In this document: positions 12,466-26,560 of the stretch, piece after piece
Layout: each line of letters begins with the position of its first letter
How positions within the stretch are numbered: position 1 is the stretch's first letter
NCBI RefSeq assembly: GCF_001194135.2
Contig: NC_069006.1
Span: 25,673,008 to 25,737,007, forward strand
Direction: 5' to 3'
From: Octopus bimaculoides
Taxonomy: Eukaryota
Length of the DNA: 64,000 nucleotides
Made by a program: the position numbers and the translations under genes
The notes under the pieces: generated by a model
The model's database searches: none
Told to the model about the DNA's origin: nothing
Seen by the model: only the letters and a program-made list of their open reading frames with translations

Positions 12466-15400
12466 ATACATACATACATATACATACATACATATACATA
12501 CATACATATACATACATACATATGTACATATATATATGCATTTCAGCATCATCCTCATCGTTTCACGTCCACCTTCCATGCTAGCATGGGTGGGACGATT
12601 TCACGCATGGAAAGCGGACGTCAAATGACGATGATTCAACTGAGAAAATGAATGCTCAGCTGAACTTTTTGTGACAAATATACAAGAAGCAATGTCTACA
12701 TTTAGAAAGGCACACCCTACACCGTTTATTTTAGCAAGTTTAAAATGATTTTGTGCCATAAGCCATTTACCATTTCTCTGGTGCCTCCTCCCTTCCCTTC
12801 ATGCCCTAAACACGTGCTTATTTTGCTTAATGGTTAATGCAGTGCTGTCCCCAACCATTGTCCTCTGACACTTATTGAAATTTCATCTATATTCCGCCAG
12901 TTATTACCTACAACAACCTATCATTTAAAGGAATGCTTTATTAACTGTAAAATAGTGACCACGTTACATAAATATCATTTAGTCGTTTAGTTATTCATAG
13001 AATTCATGACAGCTGAATATTGGCTGTTGTTGGCGTAGCTGTTGATGCTCTTTTCCTGTATCAGCCACTTACAAACCCTCAAATTTATATCCAGTTAGCA
13101 ACAATAATATTCACAGATTATAGACAACGACCTGTAATTATAATCTCAAAATATAACACCCAGCAGATGATTGTAAAAGTTAGCATTACATGAAAACAGA
13201 ATGTCTCGCAGCGACTGTAAACAATGAATTAGTCGCAGAATGGAGTCGTGTTGCTTGTGGGATTAGCTTTTATTTAATGCTTCTCAAACTGAAACTCTAA
13301 CAATACAGGAACAAAAGACATTCTATGGAAATAAAATTTAACCGAAATTAATTTATCATGCTTCTTCGATGATGTGAACCTGACTGGGGGGCAGTGTCTT
13401 TGTGTCCCACAAGAAATGGGTTTTCTTGCAGACACAATTTGTTGCTTTTATTAATGAAGCTGAATTGGTCAAAAAAATATTGTTTCCTCGTGAAATTCTG
13501 AAGACTGTTTTGGGTCAGCTGGGCTGTCTTTTACTGCCACTTGTTGCTGTTGTTGTTGTTTCCATAAAATTATTGAGACAATGGCAGCAAGTTTATGGTT
13601 GTTTCAAGCCAAGATTGTGGAATACCGACTTTGAGATTTTGCTGCTATTCCAGTTTTATGTTTCTACCATTCCTCTGCATCATGACGACTGTGCCATTCT
13701 TTTTTTATTGTCCAATGGTGATGTAGGAGTGGGTGGTGGGTGGTAATAACAGTAACAACAACAACAATAATAACAACAGATGTAAAAGGAGGAGGAGGAG
13801 GAAGAAGAAGAAGATTATGATGACGACGATGATGATGATGCTATCAATGATGATGATGAAGTGAGAGAAAGAGAAGAAGAAGATGACAAATACGATGACA
13901 ATGGAGGAGGTGGAAGAGGAGGAGGAGGAGATGAAGAAGAAGAGAATGATGATGATGATGATGATGACAACAATAATGAAGAAGGGACAGCAGTCTAATA
14001 TTCTGCCAATTATGGTATTTGGCAGCTGAGAGGGTGGTTATGAAGATATGTCTATTGCCGGACAATTTCATGGCAATAATTACCAATTCCATCAAAAGCT
14101 GGGACCAAAGTTGTTTATAATGGAAACTCGCGGCCTCAGAATATATTTTTAATCTGCCAGAAATTATGTCTAATGTCAAAATCTTCTGAACAAATGTCAG
14201 GAACACACACTTTGAGTGACTGTAAATTGGTTTATAAAACCCATCAGAAAAATGGTCACCATTTTGACTGCAATGTGCCTTATTGAAGCAGGAAATACAG
14301 TCATATTTTTTTTTCTTCCAAATAAACGCCTGTATTATATATTCATTCTACACTTCAGCTTTATTACTGTTTGTATTTTTGTGTCTGTTGTCTGGAAATC
14401 TTTCATCACACACCTGTGACCTCTTCAGCAACTCTCCATCCTACGTGTCTCAGCCTGTTTAGAACAGGAGGAGACACGTGGCTCGTCTAACTAGCGTTCA
14501 TAATAATTTTTCTAGCGTCTTGGCTCAACAGCCCTCACCATTTGTTTTTACTGTCTTGTTCTCACTGTCCTGTTCTTGTTAACACTTTCACCCTCCGCAA
14601 AAAATCCCAAATTTTATTTTTCAACCTGGGAATATTAAAAAACAACGATACTGATTCATTAGATTTCAAAACTACTGGACGTCTCTGATATCAAAGAGAT
14701 TGTATACTAACTTAATCTGATTTGTGAAGGGAGGATAACAGCAGCTAATCCTAAAGGCAAATTATTCTTCCTTTTAAAGGGAATCAAATCTAGTTATCTC
14801 CGAAAAACAATAAGTAGATGATAAATGAAATATATTGTCTCCTTGAAATTTTCTTCTGGTCTTTTCCATTGTCTTCTGCTTTATTAAATAATCCTATGGA
14901 ATAATTATATAAACAAAAGCATTTAACAATTTAGAAAGACAAATTGAGGAAATTTGTTATCAAAACAATTGAAGAAGGAGGTTTTCTTCAGCATTAAAAT
15001 CTCAATAGCGATTGTTAAAGAAATTCTAGTAATCCTTTCCAGGACAAGCAGCCATTGTCAGTCATCTTTAAAAGGATTAGCTCTTCCCAGTAATCTCATA
15101 GAAGAATGCTCTGGGTTGCTGGTATTGTTGGTGCCGTGTCTTCTTATTTGTGTTTAGGGCTACTTGTATATTGTATCAAGCGAGACTCAACACTTCGGTT
15201 CAAATCTGAGTGAAGATAATGCTTTTATTTCCTCAACTCTTTCTACCTGTGAAGGATTTATACTCAGACTCACTCTCTCACCTTCCACGCTGCAATTGTT
15301 TTCGTTCCAGCACACAATCTCAGATCAGGTCACTTGCTATGCAAGTACATATCCTTAATATATATATATCAGTGGTATGATAACATCAGCTAGCCAATAA

Positions 15401-15902
15401 CTGTAGATGAGCTTTGCAAGGCTTTCCTAGAAATTTTTTATCTGAATCTCACTTAACTATATATGTATGTATTTCTGTCTCTGTCTGTGCGTCTGTCAAT
15501 AACTCTTCTACCACTAATGCTCTTATAATATAAATTAAAGGTTATAACCGAATATAACCACACAATTGTTCACAAGTAAGAAAATGGTCAAGCAATTTCG
15601 AAATAACACTTAAGACTTGTTCCATCCAACTTTCTAGAAACATTATGTCACCAAATTAACTACGCTATGACAAAGATGTGTTCATGTTCAATCCTCACTC
15701 AGGCCTTTGCAACCGTTATATGGCTTTATTCTATTTTCTTTTATTTTTTTAATTTCATTTTATTCTCGTTTTATCACAATAGTGTTTGCTTTTCTTCTTT
15801 CCCCATCCCAAACATCTCCTCCAAATTATTTTATGTAAAATAGCCTAAAATGAAACTATTTGGTGATGTATAAGTTGTGTTAAAATCAAACTTTTATATA
15901 CC

Positions 15903-15960
<58 letters not shown>

Positions 15961-16123
15961 ATCTCATATAGAAGTGTGAACATAAGTTGGTAAATAGAGG
16001 ATACACACACTTTTATATGTATATATATATATAATTAAATATATATGTACATGTATTTTTATATATATATATAGACACACACACATATATACCTATATAT
16101 ACATTTATGTTTATGTGTGTGCG

Positions 16124-16159
<36 letters not shown>

Positions 16160-17504
16160 TATATATATATGTACAAACAGATACATGTTTCTGTGTGGGT
16201 ATATACATATATATATTTATAAAAGTATGTTATATACATATATGTATGTGTATATATATATATATATATNNNNNNNNNNNNNNNNNNNNNNNNNNNNNNN
16301 NNNNNNNNNNNNNNNNNNNNNNNNNNNNNNNNNNNNNNNNNNNNNNNNNNNNNNNNNNNNNNNNNNNNNNNNNNNNNNNNNNNNNNNNNNNNNNNNNNNN
16401 NNNNNNNNNNNNNNNNNNNNNNNGTATATAACATACTTTATATATATATATACATACATATGCACATACATATATGTATATAACATACTTTATATATATA
16501 TATACATACACACACACACACTTATATGTATACACACTGGTATATACACACACATATATATATATACACTGATACACTGGAGGAATTATAAGAGCCAAGT
16601 TCCAGCAAGTGGCTTGCACTTGCCATAATCACTTTAAAAAGCCGAGTAATCGTCTGAAATGAGTTCTTGTTGTTAAGTTGAGGAATGGCTTCTCCTGTCT
16701 CCTCTCTTTTTCTGGTATTACTTCACATCAAACCATTGTTAGCTGCTCTCACACAACCGAAATAAGCGCAAAATTATAGAATCTTTCTTCTCTGTGGCTT
16801 TTAATCTACTCAGATGTTGAAAGGAAACGGCACAGTGATGGGTGGGGGTGGGGGTGGAAATAATTTGCATAAATTTATAACGATCATTTGGCTTTCTTCC
16901 ACTCCTTGCTGTTGTTGTTGTTGTTGTTGTTGTTGCTGTTGATTTTCTTCTTCATCTTGTTCGTCTTCTTTATTTCTTTTCCTTGGTCATCATCCTCATC
17001 CTCATCATATTCTTCGTATTCCTCCTCCTCCTCTTCCTCCCCACTTCTCTACCACCTCTCTTCTTCTTCTTCTTCTTCTTCTTCTTCTTCTTCTTCTTCT
17101 ACCCCCCTCCCACTCCTCATCCTTCACTTTTAAACTTTAAACAGTTTTACAAATTTTCAATTGAGAGATCGAAATTCTTGCTGCCATTCTTGCAATACGA
17201 TTTTTCATTTCGGCAGAACTCAGTAGTGAGGAGAGGTGGAGGTGTGGTAGAGAGGAGGAGGAGCAGCTTTTATTNNNNNNNNNNNNNNNNNNNNNNNNNN
17301 NNNNNNNNNNNNNNNNNNNNNNNNNNNNNNNNNNNNNNNNNNNNNNNNNNNNNNNNNNNNNNNNNNNNNNNNNNNNNNNNNNNNNNNNNNNNNNNNNNNN
17401 NNNNNNNNNNNNNNNNNNNNNNNNNNNNNNGGGGGTTGAGGGGGGGGGGAATAGCAGGAAGGGGAATTGATGTTTATCGAAAATAGCATCAACCAACTAA
17501 AACA

Positions 17505-17665
17505 GAGTCAAGGCTGTATGACATTTCCTCAGGGTTCCACACAGTGGGACTGAACCCAGAAGCATGTGGTTGGGAAGCAAGCTTCTTACCACACAGCCAC
17601 GCCTGTGCTTATCATCATCATCATCGTTTAACGTCCGTTTTCCATGCTGGCATGGGTTGGATGGT
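17505..17665 (-). mobile_element. SINE family C head followed by a family B tail
   Basis: cacacagtgggactgaaccc...cttaccacacagccacgcc, then catcatcgtttaacgtccgttttccatgc. Confidence 0.8.
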
Positions 17666-18326
17666 TTATATATGTCTTTTAATTAATGTCTGGTAGATGT
17701 TCATGGTTCTTCATACAACGTGCTACACTTTAACATGATTCACATCTTGAAAAGAATTTGTGTGTATTTGTATAGTTGTGGAGGCATTGGTAATTAATTA
17801 TATGCACGATGGTGACATATACATGTGTGTGCATGAAGAATGCTACATAAATGTTTATATATATATATGCATACGCACACATACACACTCATATTTGTTG
17901 ATATACATTTACATACATACATAAATATATATGTGTGTGTCTGTGTATGCACTCATTTTTTTGTTAATATACATTTACATAAATAAATACACACACACAC
18001 ATGAACATATATATAATTTTGAGTGAAACTGGTATATAAGAAGCACACAGTATGAAGCAGTGATGGTAGGAGGCCCTCACCCCCGTCCCCATCTGCCTCA
18101 CTAAACTTACATCTTCTAGAAAATCTTATTCTAAATGAATACACTGATATAAAAATTTAAGAATATAAAATAAAAAAATCAGAAAGAAAACATTATGAAT
18201 TCTTTGATAGAATCTTGTCTATATTCACCACCACCAGAGACATTTCCATAGAATTGGTAAAAAAAATGTAGTATCTTTAAAAGTTTTATCTACATTTGCC
18301 CATTCTATATATGCATATGTTTGTAT

Positions 18327-18383
<57 letters not shown>

Positions 18384-19763
18384 TCTTTTTCATTTTGTTC
18401 GAAATCTCTATTATTAATTAAAATTCTTAACATGTATGTGACATTTGAGGAAAAACAAAAATGTAAATATTGTTAGCACAATAATGTCCTATTGACCTCT
18501 AAATGATACATATATAAAACTATTTGAATATCTTGAACAAGCTTGCAGCATCTCAATTTAAATATGTGTGTGTATATATATATATATAAATATAGATATA
18601 CTCACATACATATCTGTACACATATACATACAGAGACAGATATACATGTAGCTTTAGAAAAATAATTTTAAATTGCAAATAATAAAAAAAGAAATGAATT
18701 AGAATTTTTAATGAATTCTTTGCATATCTGTAAAATCTTCTGAAATATTTGGTTATAGGAATGTGAGATATCTATGAGTGTGTGCTCTCATTTAAAACAC
18801 AAATAGATATATTCATTATATAACCTCTAAGACACAACATCAGTGGTTAAGGTTGTTGGTGTATGATGAAATATTTATTGAGTCTCAGGATTGCATTGAA
18901 TCATTCTGAGCAGACATGACCAGTTTAGACGCTAAAGTGTTCAACTTCTTGATCCACTCACACACAAAGTAGAACACTGGAGGAGGAGGAAGGTGAGGAG
19001 GAAGAGGACAGCATCATCATCATCAACAACAACAGCAGCAGCAGCAGCAGCAACAATTTCTGGTTGTTTGTGCATTTAGCTGTGTTTCCTTTCTTTCCGC
19101 TGCTAAAAGAAAGTGTTGAATGTTTATAGATGTACATTATATCCACAGAATGAGGTGTATGGTGTATAATATATGTATTATTGGGTACCTGTCTGGGGTA
19201 CGTTGACAGTTTACAAGTATTGCAAGGAAGAGAAGGAGAAAGTGTGTGTTGAGAACATGTATATATATATATGAGTGTATTTGTATGTATATATATATAT
19301 ATTGATTTGTAAATGTATATATGTTTATGTGTGTGTGTAATCCGAACTGAATACCCAACTTGTGTAGTCATTAACATCAGTGACTGTCAAAAAAATAAAT
19401 TGTTGAAGTGTGGAGGGGGGGGTGAAGGGAAGAAGAGGGGGTAATCTTGGTTGAGATGACTTTCTAAAGAACGAGAACAATGAAAGAAATCAATAGACTA
19501 CTCACGTTTTCTTTCTCATCCTCTCTATCCATCTACCCACCTATCCATCCATCCATATCTATCTACCTATCTGTCTTTCTGTCCATTCATGCATTCATCT
19601 ACCTCTACTTACCTATCTGTCTGTCTTTCTGTCTGTCCACCTATCCATCTGTCTATCTTTATCTCTATCTATATAGCTACCCATCCATCGATCTGTCTCA
19701 ATGTCTGTCAAACTGTCTATCAATATATTTCTGTGTGTCTGCACACCTGTCTGTCTACCTGAA

Positions 19764-19796
<33 letters not shown>

Positions 19797-19939
19797 GCCT
19801 GCCACTGTTTGTCTGTTTGCTAAAAACAGCATACTTACCATGGTGCATGCACATGTGTGTACATGTGTGTGTGTGTGTGTGCACATACATACAAAAGCTT
19901 TAGTTATTGATTGGTGTAACTGCTATTGCATTCACGCTC

Positions 19940-20110
19940 AATCTCCCTCTCTTTCTCTCTCCCTCTCTTTCTCTCTCCCTCTCTTTCTCTCTCCCTCTCT
20001 TTCTCTCTCCCTCTCTTTCTCTCTCCCTCTCTTTCTCTCTCCCTCTCTTTCTCTCTCCCTNNNNNNNNNNNNNNNNNNNNNNNNNNNNNNNNNNNNNNNN
20101 NNNNNNNNNN

Positions 20111-20206
<96 letters not shown>

Positions 20207-20207
20207 A
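19940..20207. repeat. 20-bp CT-rich minisatellite passing into (CT)n, with a gap
   Basis: Unit ctctctttctctctccctct repeated about 6 times before the gap at 20061-20110. Confidence 0.9.
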
Positions 20208-22539
20208 CACAATAGAATAATCATGAGGAACCAACAATGAGGAATTTCTTCAAAGTTTGAGATCATATTTTCCTCTGATGTTGAATAGGAAACATTTAGG
20301 TCTGAAGGAAAGAATTAGTCTTCATTTTTAAAAGACTCTTTAAATGTGGAATTACGACATCTGACACCTGTAAATTTTATAAACCTGAAAACATTACTGA
20401 ATACTATTAAACACCATTCTTTCTAAAATTTCTTAAGTCAAAAGGATAATTGACGGTTAAGTAGAAACTAAATTTGTATTTGAAAGTTCATTGACGTCCT
20501 TATTTGGATTTCTCATCATATAAATACAGCCTGACCAGTGATATAATTCATTCAAAGAGTTTTAAAGAGACATACATACAGGAATTCATTGAGAGAATGT
20601 CAGTTTTTTTAATATATATTACATATATTAGCACCTACTTGTATATTTTTTAGTCTTGATTCAAATAGGCATGACTGCAAGAACGAACACATTGATACAA
20701 TATGATAACTAAGAGGAAATCTATGTACTTCTGACGTCTTTTTTAGTTTTTATCCCAGCTACCGACAAGTACAAATATGACTATTACGGTTTTTCTGTTA
20801 TGTACATCTGAGTCTTTTTGTATGAAACGAATTGTATAGCAACCTGAATAATAAACACTATAATCCATTTTAACATCTAATCTCCTCTGTTACATAAATA
20901 TGAACGAATTTGTTGAACTGTATTTAATAAGTTAAATCATACACTGATTATTTCTATAAATATATATATATGTGTGTGTGTATACACACACACATATATG
21001 TATGCATACATATACGCATATTACAGATAGATATACATGCAAACATACATACATACATATATACACACACAAACACACACACATATATATATGTATGTAT
21101 GCATACATATACACATATTACAGATATACATACATACAACATACATATGTATGTGTGTGTTTATATATATATGTATATATCTACATATCATATATGTGTA
21201 TATATGTATGTATGTATATATATATATATATCTACACACACACACATAAGTACATACGTATGTCTGTGCGTGTAGGTGTTAAAACACTTCACTTATTGAT
21301 CAATGCTTCTTCTGTCCTTCTGTATCAAATTCCTGTTTTTGTTGAGATTAAATGAAACTTATTAAATCAAACGAAAAACAGTTCAAATCCCTTTAGTCTC
21401 CTCCTCCTGTACCTCCCCTCTCTCATTTTCTTATTCCTTCTCTCTCTTTCTTTCTCTCTCTCTTTGTTGCCAATTAAAAAGAAAAACTCAAAATAAATCG
21501 TTCATTTTTATCATCTTATTGATGGAGATTTCAAAGAATTTATACCCCAAAGAAGAAGAAAGATCAGCTATTTTATACAAGTTGGCAATCAGAATTATAT
21601 TCCGATATTTTTGTAGTGAATTTTTCCAAATACCTCCCAAGGGATGTTGTGGCTTTCACACAGCAAAAGTAATTTAATTTCATAGCATAGAACAGGTAAA
21701 GTAATTTTCCTTTTATTGATAGATTTGGCACACCACGGCCTATTGAAAAATCGAATGTACAGAGAGGAATTGTGAATGGTTAAGAAAAAAAATGCTTAAA
21801 AGAAAAGAAAAGGCGAAAAAGAAAACGATCTTCAGAATTAAATTGCTCGTTTGTTAAATAAACTCGTACATTTAGAATAAACACAAAGATTTTAATTTTA
21901 GATTCTGTAAACAAAAAGGAGAAAATGGTAAATGGAATCTCGCTTTGTTAATTCTTTGACTTTCTGTCTGAGATAAACGGTTCTGTTATTGTTGGAACTG
22001 ATGTTACAGCTGTGGTTATTTGGATGGAAGCAAAACAGGTAGGTTTGTCGCAGAGCAGAACAAATGTTTCTTGTGAGTCAGGGTGGGGATGGGAGTCATG
22101 GATTGTCGTTGTTAGAGTGAACTTTAATCTGGTGTGGTGTTGGTCTCTTCCTCTCTCTGTGTCCTTGTCTTTCTCTCCCACCCCCTCTCTCCTCCTTTCT
22201 CACCCCCTTTCTCTTTCTCTTTCTCTCTAGGGAGAGACCCACCTGGGTCTGACAAAACTGACAGAACAAAAAACTTTCACGTGGTTACTTCACTTGCTAG
22301 AAATAACAGCTGAATCACCATCAAACCAATCATTCCATAACTTCTTGTTCCCTTGTCATTTATGTAATCTCTCATACATACATACCTGTCATTAAGCAGA
22401 TCTTTAATAAATCAGGAGGATTGAGACATTGTTGATTTCAAGTGCTGCTACTGGGCCCACATAAATTCATTCTCAAATCCAGCCTCTAAAAACTTAGTGG
22501 TTTGGCAAAAGGGAATGATAGAATTAGTACCAGGTTTAA

Positions 22540-22760
22540 ATATTCTTTTCTACTCTAGACACAAGGCCCAAAGTTTTTAGGAGGGAACCAGTCGATTAGA
22601 TCAACTCCAGTATGCAACTGGTACTTAATCTATCCACCCCGAAAGGATGAAAGGCAAAGTTGACCTCGGCAGAATTTGAACTCAGAACATAAAGACAGAT
22701 GAAATACCACTAAGCATTTCACCTGGCGTGCTAACATTTCTGCCAGCAAACTGCTTTACC
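22540..22760 (-). mobile_element. SINE family A, near full length
   Basis: actggtacttaatctatccaccccgaaaggatgaaaggcaaagttgacctcggcagaatttgaactcagaac. Confidence 0.87.
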
Positions 22761-22827
22761 AGGTTTAAATATTGACCAAAAAATTGGTGGATTTGTTTCG
22801 CGAAAATAAATGAATGATAAAAGACAC

Positions 22828-22860
<33 letters not shown>

Positions 22861-23513
22861 ATGTGCAGTGTTCCCCTGAGCTCACCCAGGTATTTATATA
22901 GGAACAACTGATGCATTAAGAGATTAGGGGGCAGGAAAAAATAGTTTATCCATTAAAGATTTTAAGTACAATAATTGCAGAGGAAGAAATCTGAGACGAG
23001 ATGTGTTTAATCTTGGATTTCATCTCGTTTCCATGATATCTGATGTCCTGTCATGGATTTGAACCTGTGTTTACTAAACACTATCTCACATCTGAGCAAT
23101 TCCAACCTAATTGATGCTGATTGGATGATAACTCATTAATTTTTACACTGATATTTATCTTGAATGTATGCAGGTGTATATGTGTGTGTTTGTGTACACA
23201 TGTGTATGTGTATAAGTATACAGGTGTATATGTGTGTGTGTACATATATGTCTGAGTGTGCATGTGTATATAAAATGGAACCTCTCTCTCGTGGATTGTT
23301 TGCTTTGCTTTCCTTTCTGTCTTTTGTGACCTGTTATGATTTCTCAGTTCAGTAAAACATAATGGAAACACAAACACAGATTCTAATCATTCGACTGGTT
23401 TAATGATCCATTTGCATACAATCTTTATGCATCTATCTTTATTCACATCTGTCGTCTGGTTCACAGAGATCTTGCAATCATGAGCGTAACACCTTAACCA
23501 CAAAACCATGCAC

Positions 23514-23571
<58 letters not shown>

Positions 23572-23619
23572 AATTTTACTTTAGAATTTACAGGGGTAAC
23601 TGTCTTTGAAGACTCGTTT

Positions 23620-23830
23620 TGTCATTGAATGCTCGAAAAATAATATCAACAGAAAAGTAACATCAGCCACATACCTTAGGAATGAGAACCATGTACCCCA
23701 TTAGTCAAATAAAGGGTTGGGTTCGAAATTCCACCAGGACACCTGATGAAGGCTGGAGAGTACACCAGCCGAAATGTTGTGGTAACAACAAACAAGGTGG
23801 GGACACTTGTTCGTCCAATGTAAATAATGT
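23620..23830 (+). mobile_element. probable Penelope-like pseudo-LTR fragment
   Basis: Unique-sequence island carrying a minimal hammerhead; family by inference. Confidence 0.5.
23737..23783 (+). ncRNA. minimal type I hammerhead ribozyme-like motif, partly decayed
   Basis: GGACAC-CTGATGA-A-GGCTGG agagtaca CCAGCC-GAAA-TG-TT-GTGGT: intact core, 6-bp stem II, 3-bp stem I plus mismatch, ATGT where ACGT is expected. Confidence 0.65.
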
Positions 23831-24599
23831 GGGAAAAGTTGTGCAATGTGTAACAAATACTAATTAAACAGTAATTAAATATTTACCATGTGACACTCCT
23901 TATTAACCGCTCACCTCCTTTTCTGTCTCATCCCTCCCCCCTCTTCCATCTGCCTCTTCTCCTTTCTTTCATCTCAACCACCACTCCTACTACCACCACT
24001 ACCATCCTCTTCACTACAAACTCTATCTCTGTGGCTTCAACAGCTTCCTCTAAAAACACCCTCCCACCATCACCACCACCACCATTATCATTGTGGACCC
24101 TTTTCTCTCTACCACCCCCTACCTCAATCTCTCCAATTAGCTTTCATCTCCATCACCACCACCATCAACAGCAACAACACTCTCACCACCGCCACCATCA
24201 GCAGTTTGTCATTGACCCCCACACTCACCCCTCCCATCCTACCCCCTCCCACCACACTCTGTGGTGGGACTAGATATGAGGTAGAAGGGGAAGAGAAAGA
24301 GAAGAAGGAAGGTGAGGAGGGCTAACACAATCAGGAAGGCTATAATTATATTGAATATTTCCAATTTTAGTTGAATTAAAATCAGGGTCAGCAAACATCG
24401 AGTGTCTCACACACACACATGCACACACTCACACACACAGACTCATACACATGCACACACACACACAAACTCATACACATGCACTCACACACACACACCC
24501 TCACACATACACTTTCATATACACATGCACACAAGCGCTCACACACACACACACACACACATACACATACATTTTTGCTGTGCTTGAGAAGTGAAATCA

Positions 24600-24790
24600 T
24601 GGCCATCCCTACATACAGGCATGATGTTTACAGCCATACCCTCCCCCCTCTTTCTCATATTTGAGAGATCCTTGTCTTGCAGACTTGCTGAAGCTGGTGC
24701 CACATCAAAAGCACACAGTAGTACACTCTGCAGAGTGGTTGGTTTTAGGACTGGCATCCAGCCATAGAAACCCATGTCAAAACAGTAGAA
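24600..24790 (+). mobile_element. family B element, diverged
   Basis: ggtgccacatcaaaagcac...gagtggttggttttaggactggcatccagcc. Confidence 0.65.
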
Positions 24791-24794
24791 TCTG

Positions 24795-24910
24795 GTGAAC
24801 TGGGGCAACATGAAATAAAAGTGTTTTGCTCAAGAACACAGCTCAGTCTGGGAATTGAACCCACTACCTCATGATTGTGAGCCCAATGCTCTAACCACTG
24901 AGCCATGTCT
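24795..24910 (-). mobile_element. tRNA-derived SINE, family D
   Basis: Head tggctcagtggttagagc (A box) and gggttcaattccc (B box) followed by tgttcttgagcaaaacactt; also at 38870 and 23430. Confidence 0.8.
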
Positions 24911-24914
24911 TCAC

Positions 24915-25095
24915 ATACATAAACATATATGTGTATATTCATGTATATATACATACACACATTCATATATACATACGTGTATATTCATGTATATATACAT
25001 ACACACATTCATATATACANNNNNNNNNNCATTCATATATACATACGTGTATATTCATGTATATATACATACACACATTCATATATACATACGTG
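24915..25095. repeat. 46-bp AT-rich tandem repeat around a 10-N gap
   Basis: attcatatatacatacgtgtatattcatgtatatatacatacacac repeated on both sides; copy number unreliable. Confidence 0.8.
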
Positions 25096-25340
25096 TATAT
25101 GTACACATATATACACACATACAAACATACATATACATACACATAGATACATGCACATCCATATATATGTGTGTGTGTGTGCGCGCATATAGACAAACAC
25201 ACATACATCCATCCATACACATGCATACAAGCATAGGTACACTTATAACAAACTTGTATGCATACACACACTCACACATATATATGGACATACACACCTA
25301 TAACAAACCCCTACACCCACAAACACACACACTCTCTCTT

Positions 25341-25376
<36 letters not shown>

Positions 25377-25597
25377 CACATACCCACACATAAGATTCTC
25401 TGTTTCAACATTTCGTAATTAAAAGTTAATTAGACGAATATTGGGAATTAATGATTAAAATGTGTAATTTGTATATATTGTTGCTACTGCTGCTGCTGCT
25501 GCTGCTGCTAGAGTTGGTGTTCTTGCTGTCATTCTTCTTCTTCTTCTTCTTCTTCTTCTTGGGTATGTAGTCAAGAGATGTTGGTGTTAGTGGTGAT

Positions 25598-25629
<32 letters not shown>

Positions 25630-25671
25630 TGTGGTGATGGTGGTAGCTGTAGAAGTGGTGGTAGGCAAATG

Positions 25672-25732
<61 letters not shown>

Positions 25733-25956
25733 TATATTTGGTCCGGTTGCAGGTGTTGTGTCTGGTTGACATAGGGTTTGACTCCTCAAACTCTCTCCCA
25801 CTCTCTCTCTTTCTCTGTCTGCCTGTCTCTCTCATCCCTCCACTTCTCATCCCCCTCTCTTATTTTCTCTATGTATGGATCTTAATCTTTGGCACCGTGC
25901 CAACTTCTCTCTTACTCCACTCACCTCAAGCATTTCAGAGGTGAGAGCAAAAGAGT

Positions 25957-26088
25957 CTGATACAATAAGTATTAGGTTCACAAGTAATAAGTCCTGGGGT
26001 TGATTTGTTCAGCTGAAACCCTTTGAGGCGGTGCTCCAGCATGGCCACCATCAAATGACTGAAAACAAGTAAAAAGAATAAAAGAATA
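25957..26088 (+). mobile_element. SINE family C, 3' part
   Basis: aataagtcctggggttgatttg...gtgctccagcatggccac...gactgaaaacaagtaaaa. Confidence 0.85.
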
Positions 26089-26098
26089 TGTATTCATT

Positions 26099-26302
26099 TA
26101 TTCTTTTACTCTTTCATTTGCTTCAGTCGTTTTCACTGTGGCCATGCTGGAGCACTGCTTTTAGTTGAACAAATCCACTCCAGGACTTATTCTTTGTAAG
26201 CCTAGTACTTGTTCTATCGGCCTCTTTTGTCAAATTGCTAAGTTATGGGAACATAAACAAACCAACATTGGTTGTCGGACACATAAACATATACATACAT
26301 AG

Positions 26303-26346
<44 letters not shown>

Positions 26347-26505
26347 GACGGGATTCTTTCAGTTTCCGTCTACCAAATCCACTCCCAAGGCCTTGGTCAG
26401 CCTGAGGCTATAGTAAAAGACACTTGCCCAAGGTGCCACACAGTGGGACTGAACCTGGAATCATGTGGTTGGAAAGCAAGCTTCTCACCACACAGCCATG
26501 CCTGT
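26099..26505 (-). mobile_element. SINE family C, full length
   Basis: All segments present: tRNA-like head, internal TA/CA tract and tail. Confidence 0.9.
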
Positions 26506-26528
26506 GTGTGTATGTATATATACGTATG

Positions 26529-26560
<32 letters not shown>

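Noticed and set aside
19831-19843. ATACTTACC resembling the U1 snRNA 5' end
   Set aside because: The match ends after 9 nt and is followed by a microsatellite.
24840-24910. tRNA gene (A and B boxes, CAC in an anticodon-like position)
   Set aside because: No acceptor stem, poor anticodon stem, and it continues into a repeated SINE body.
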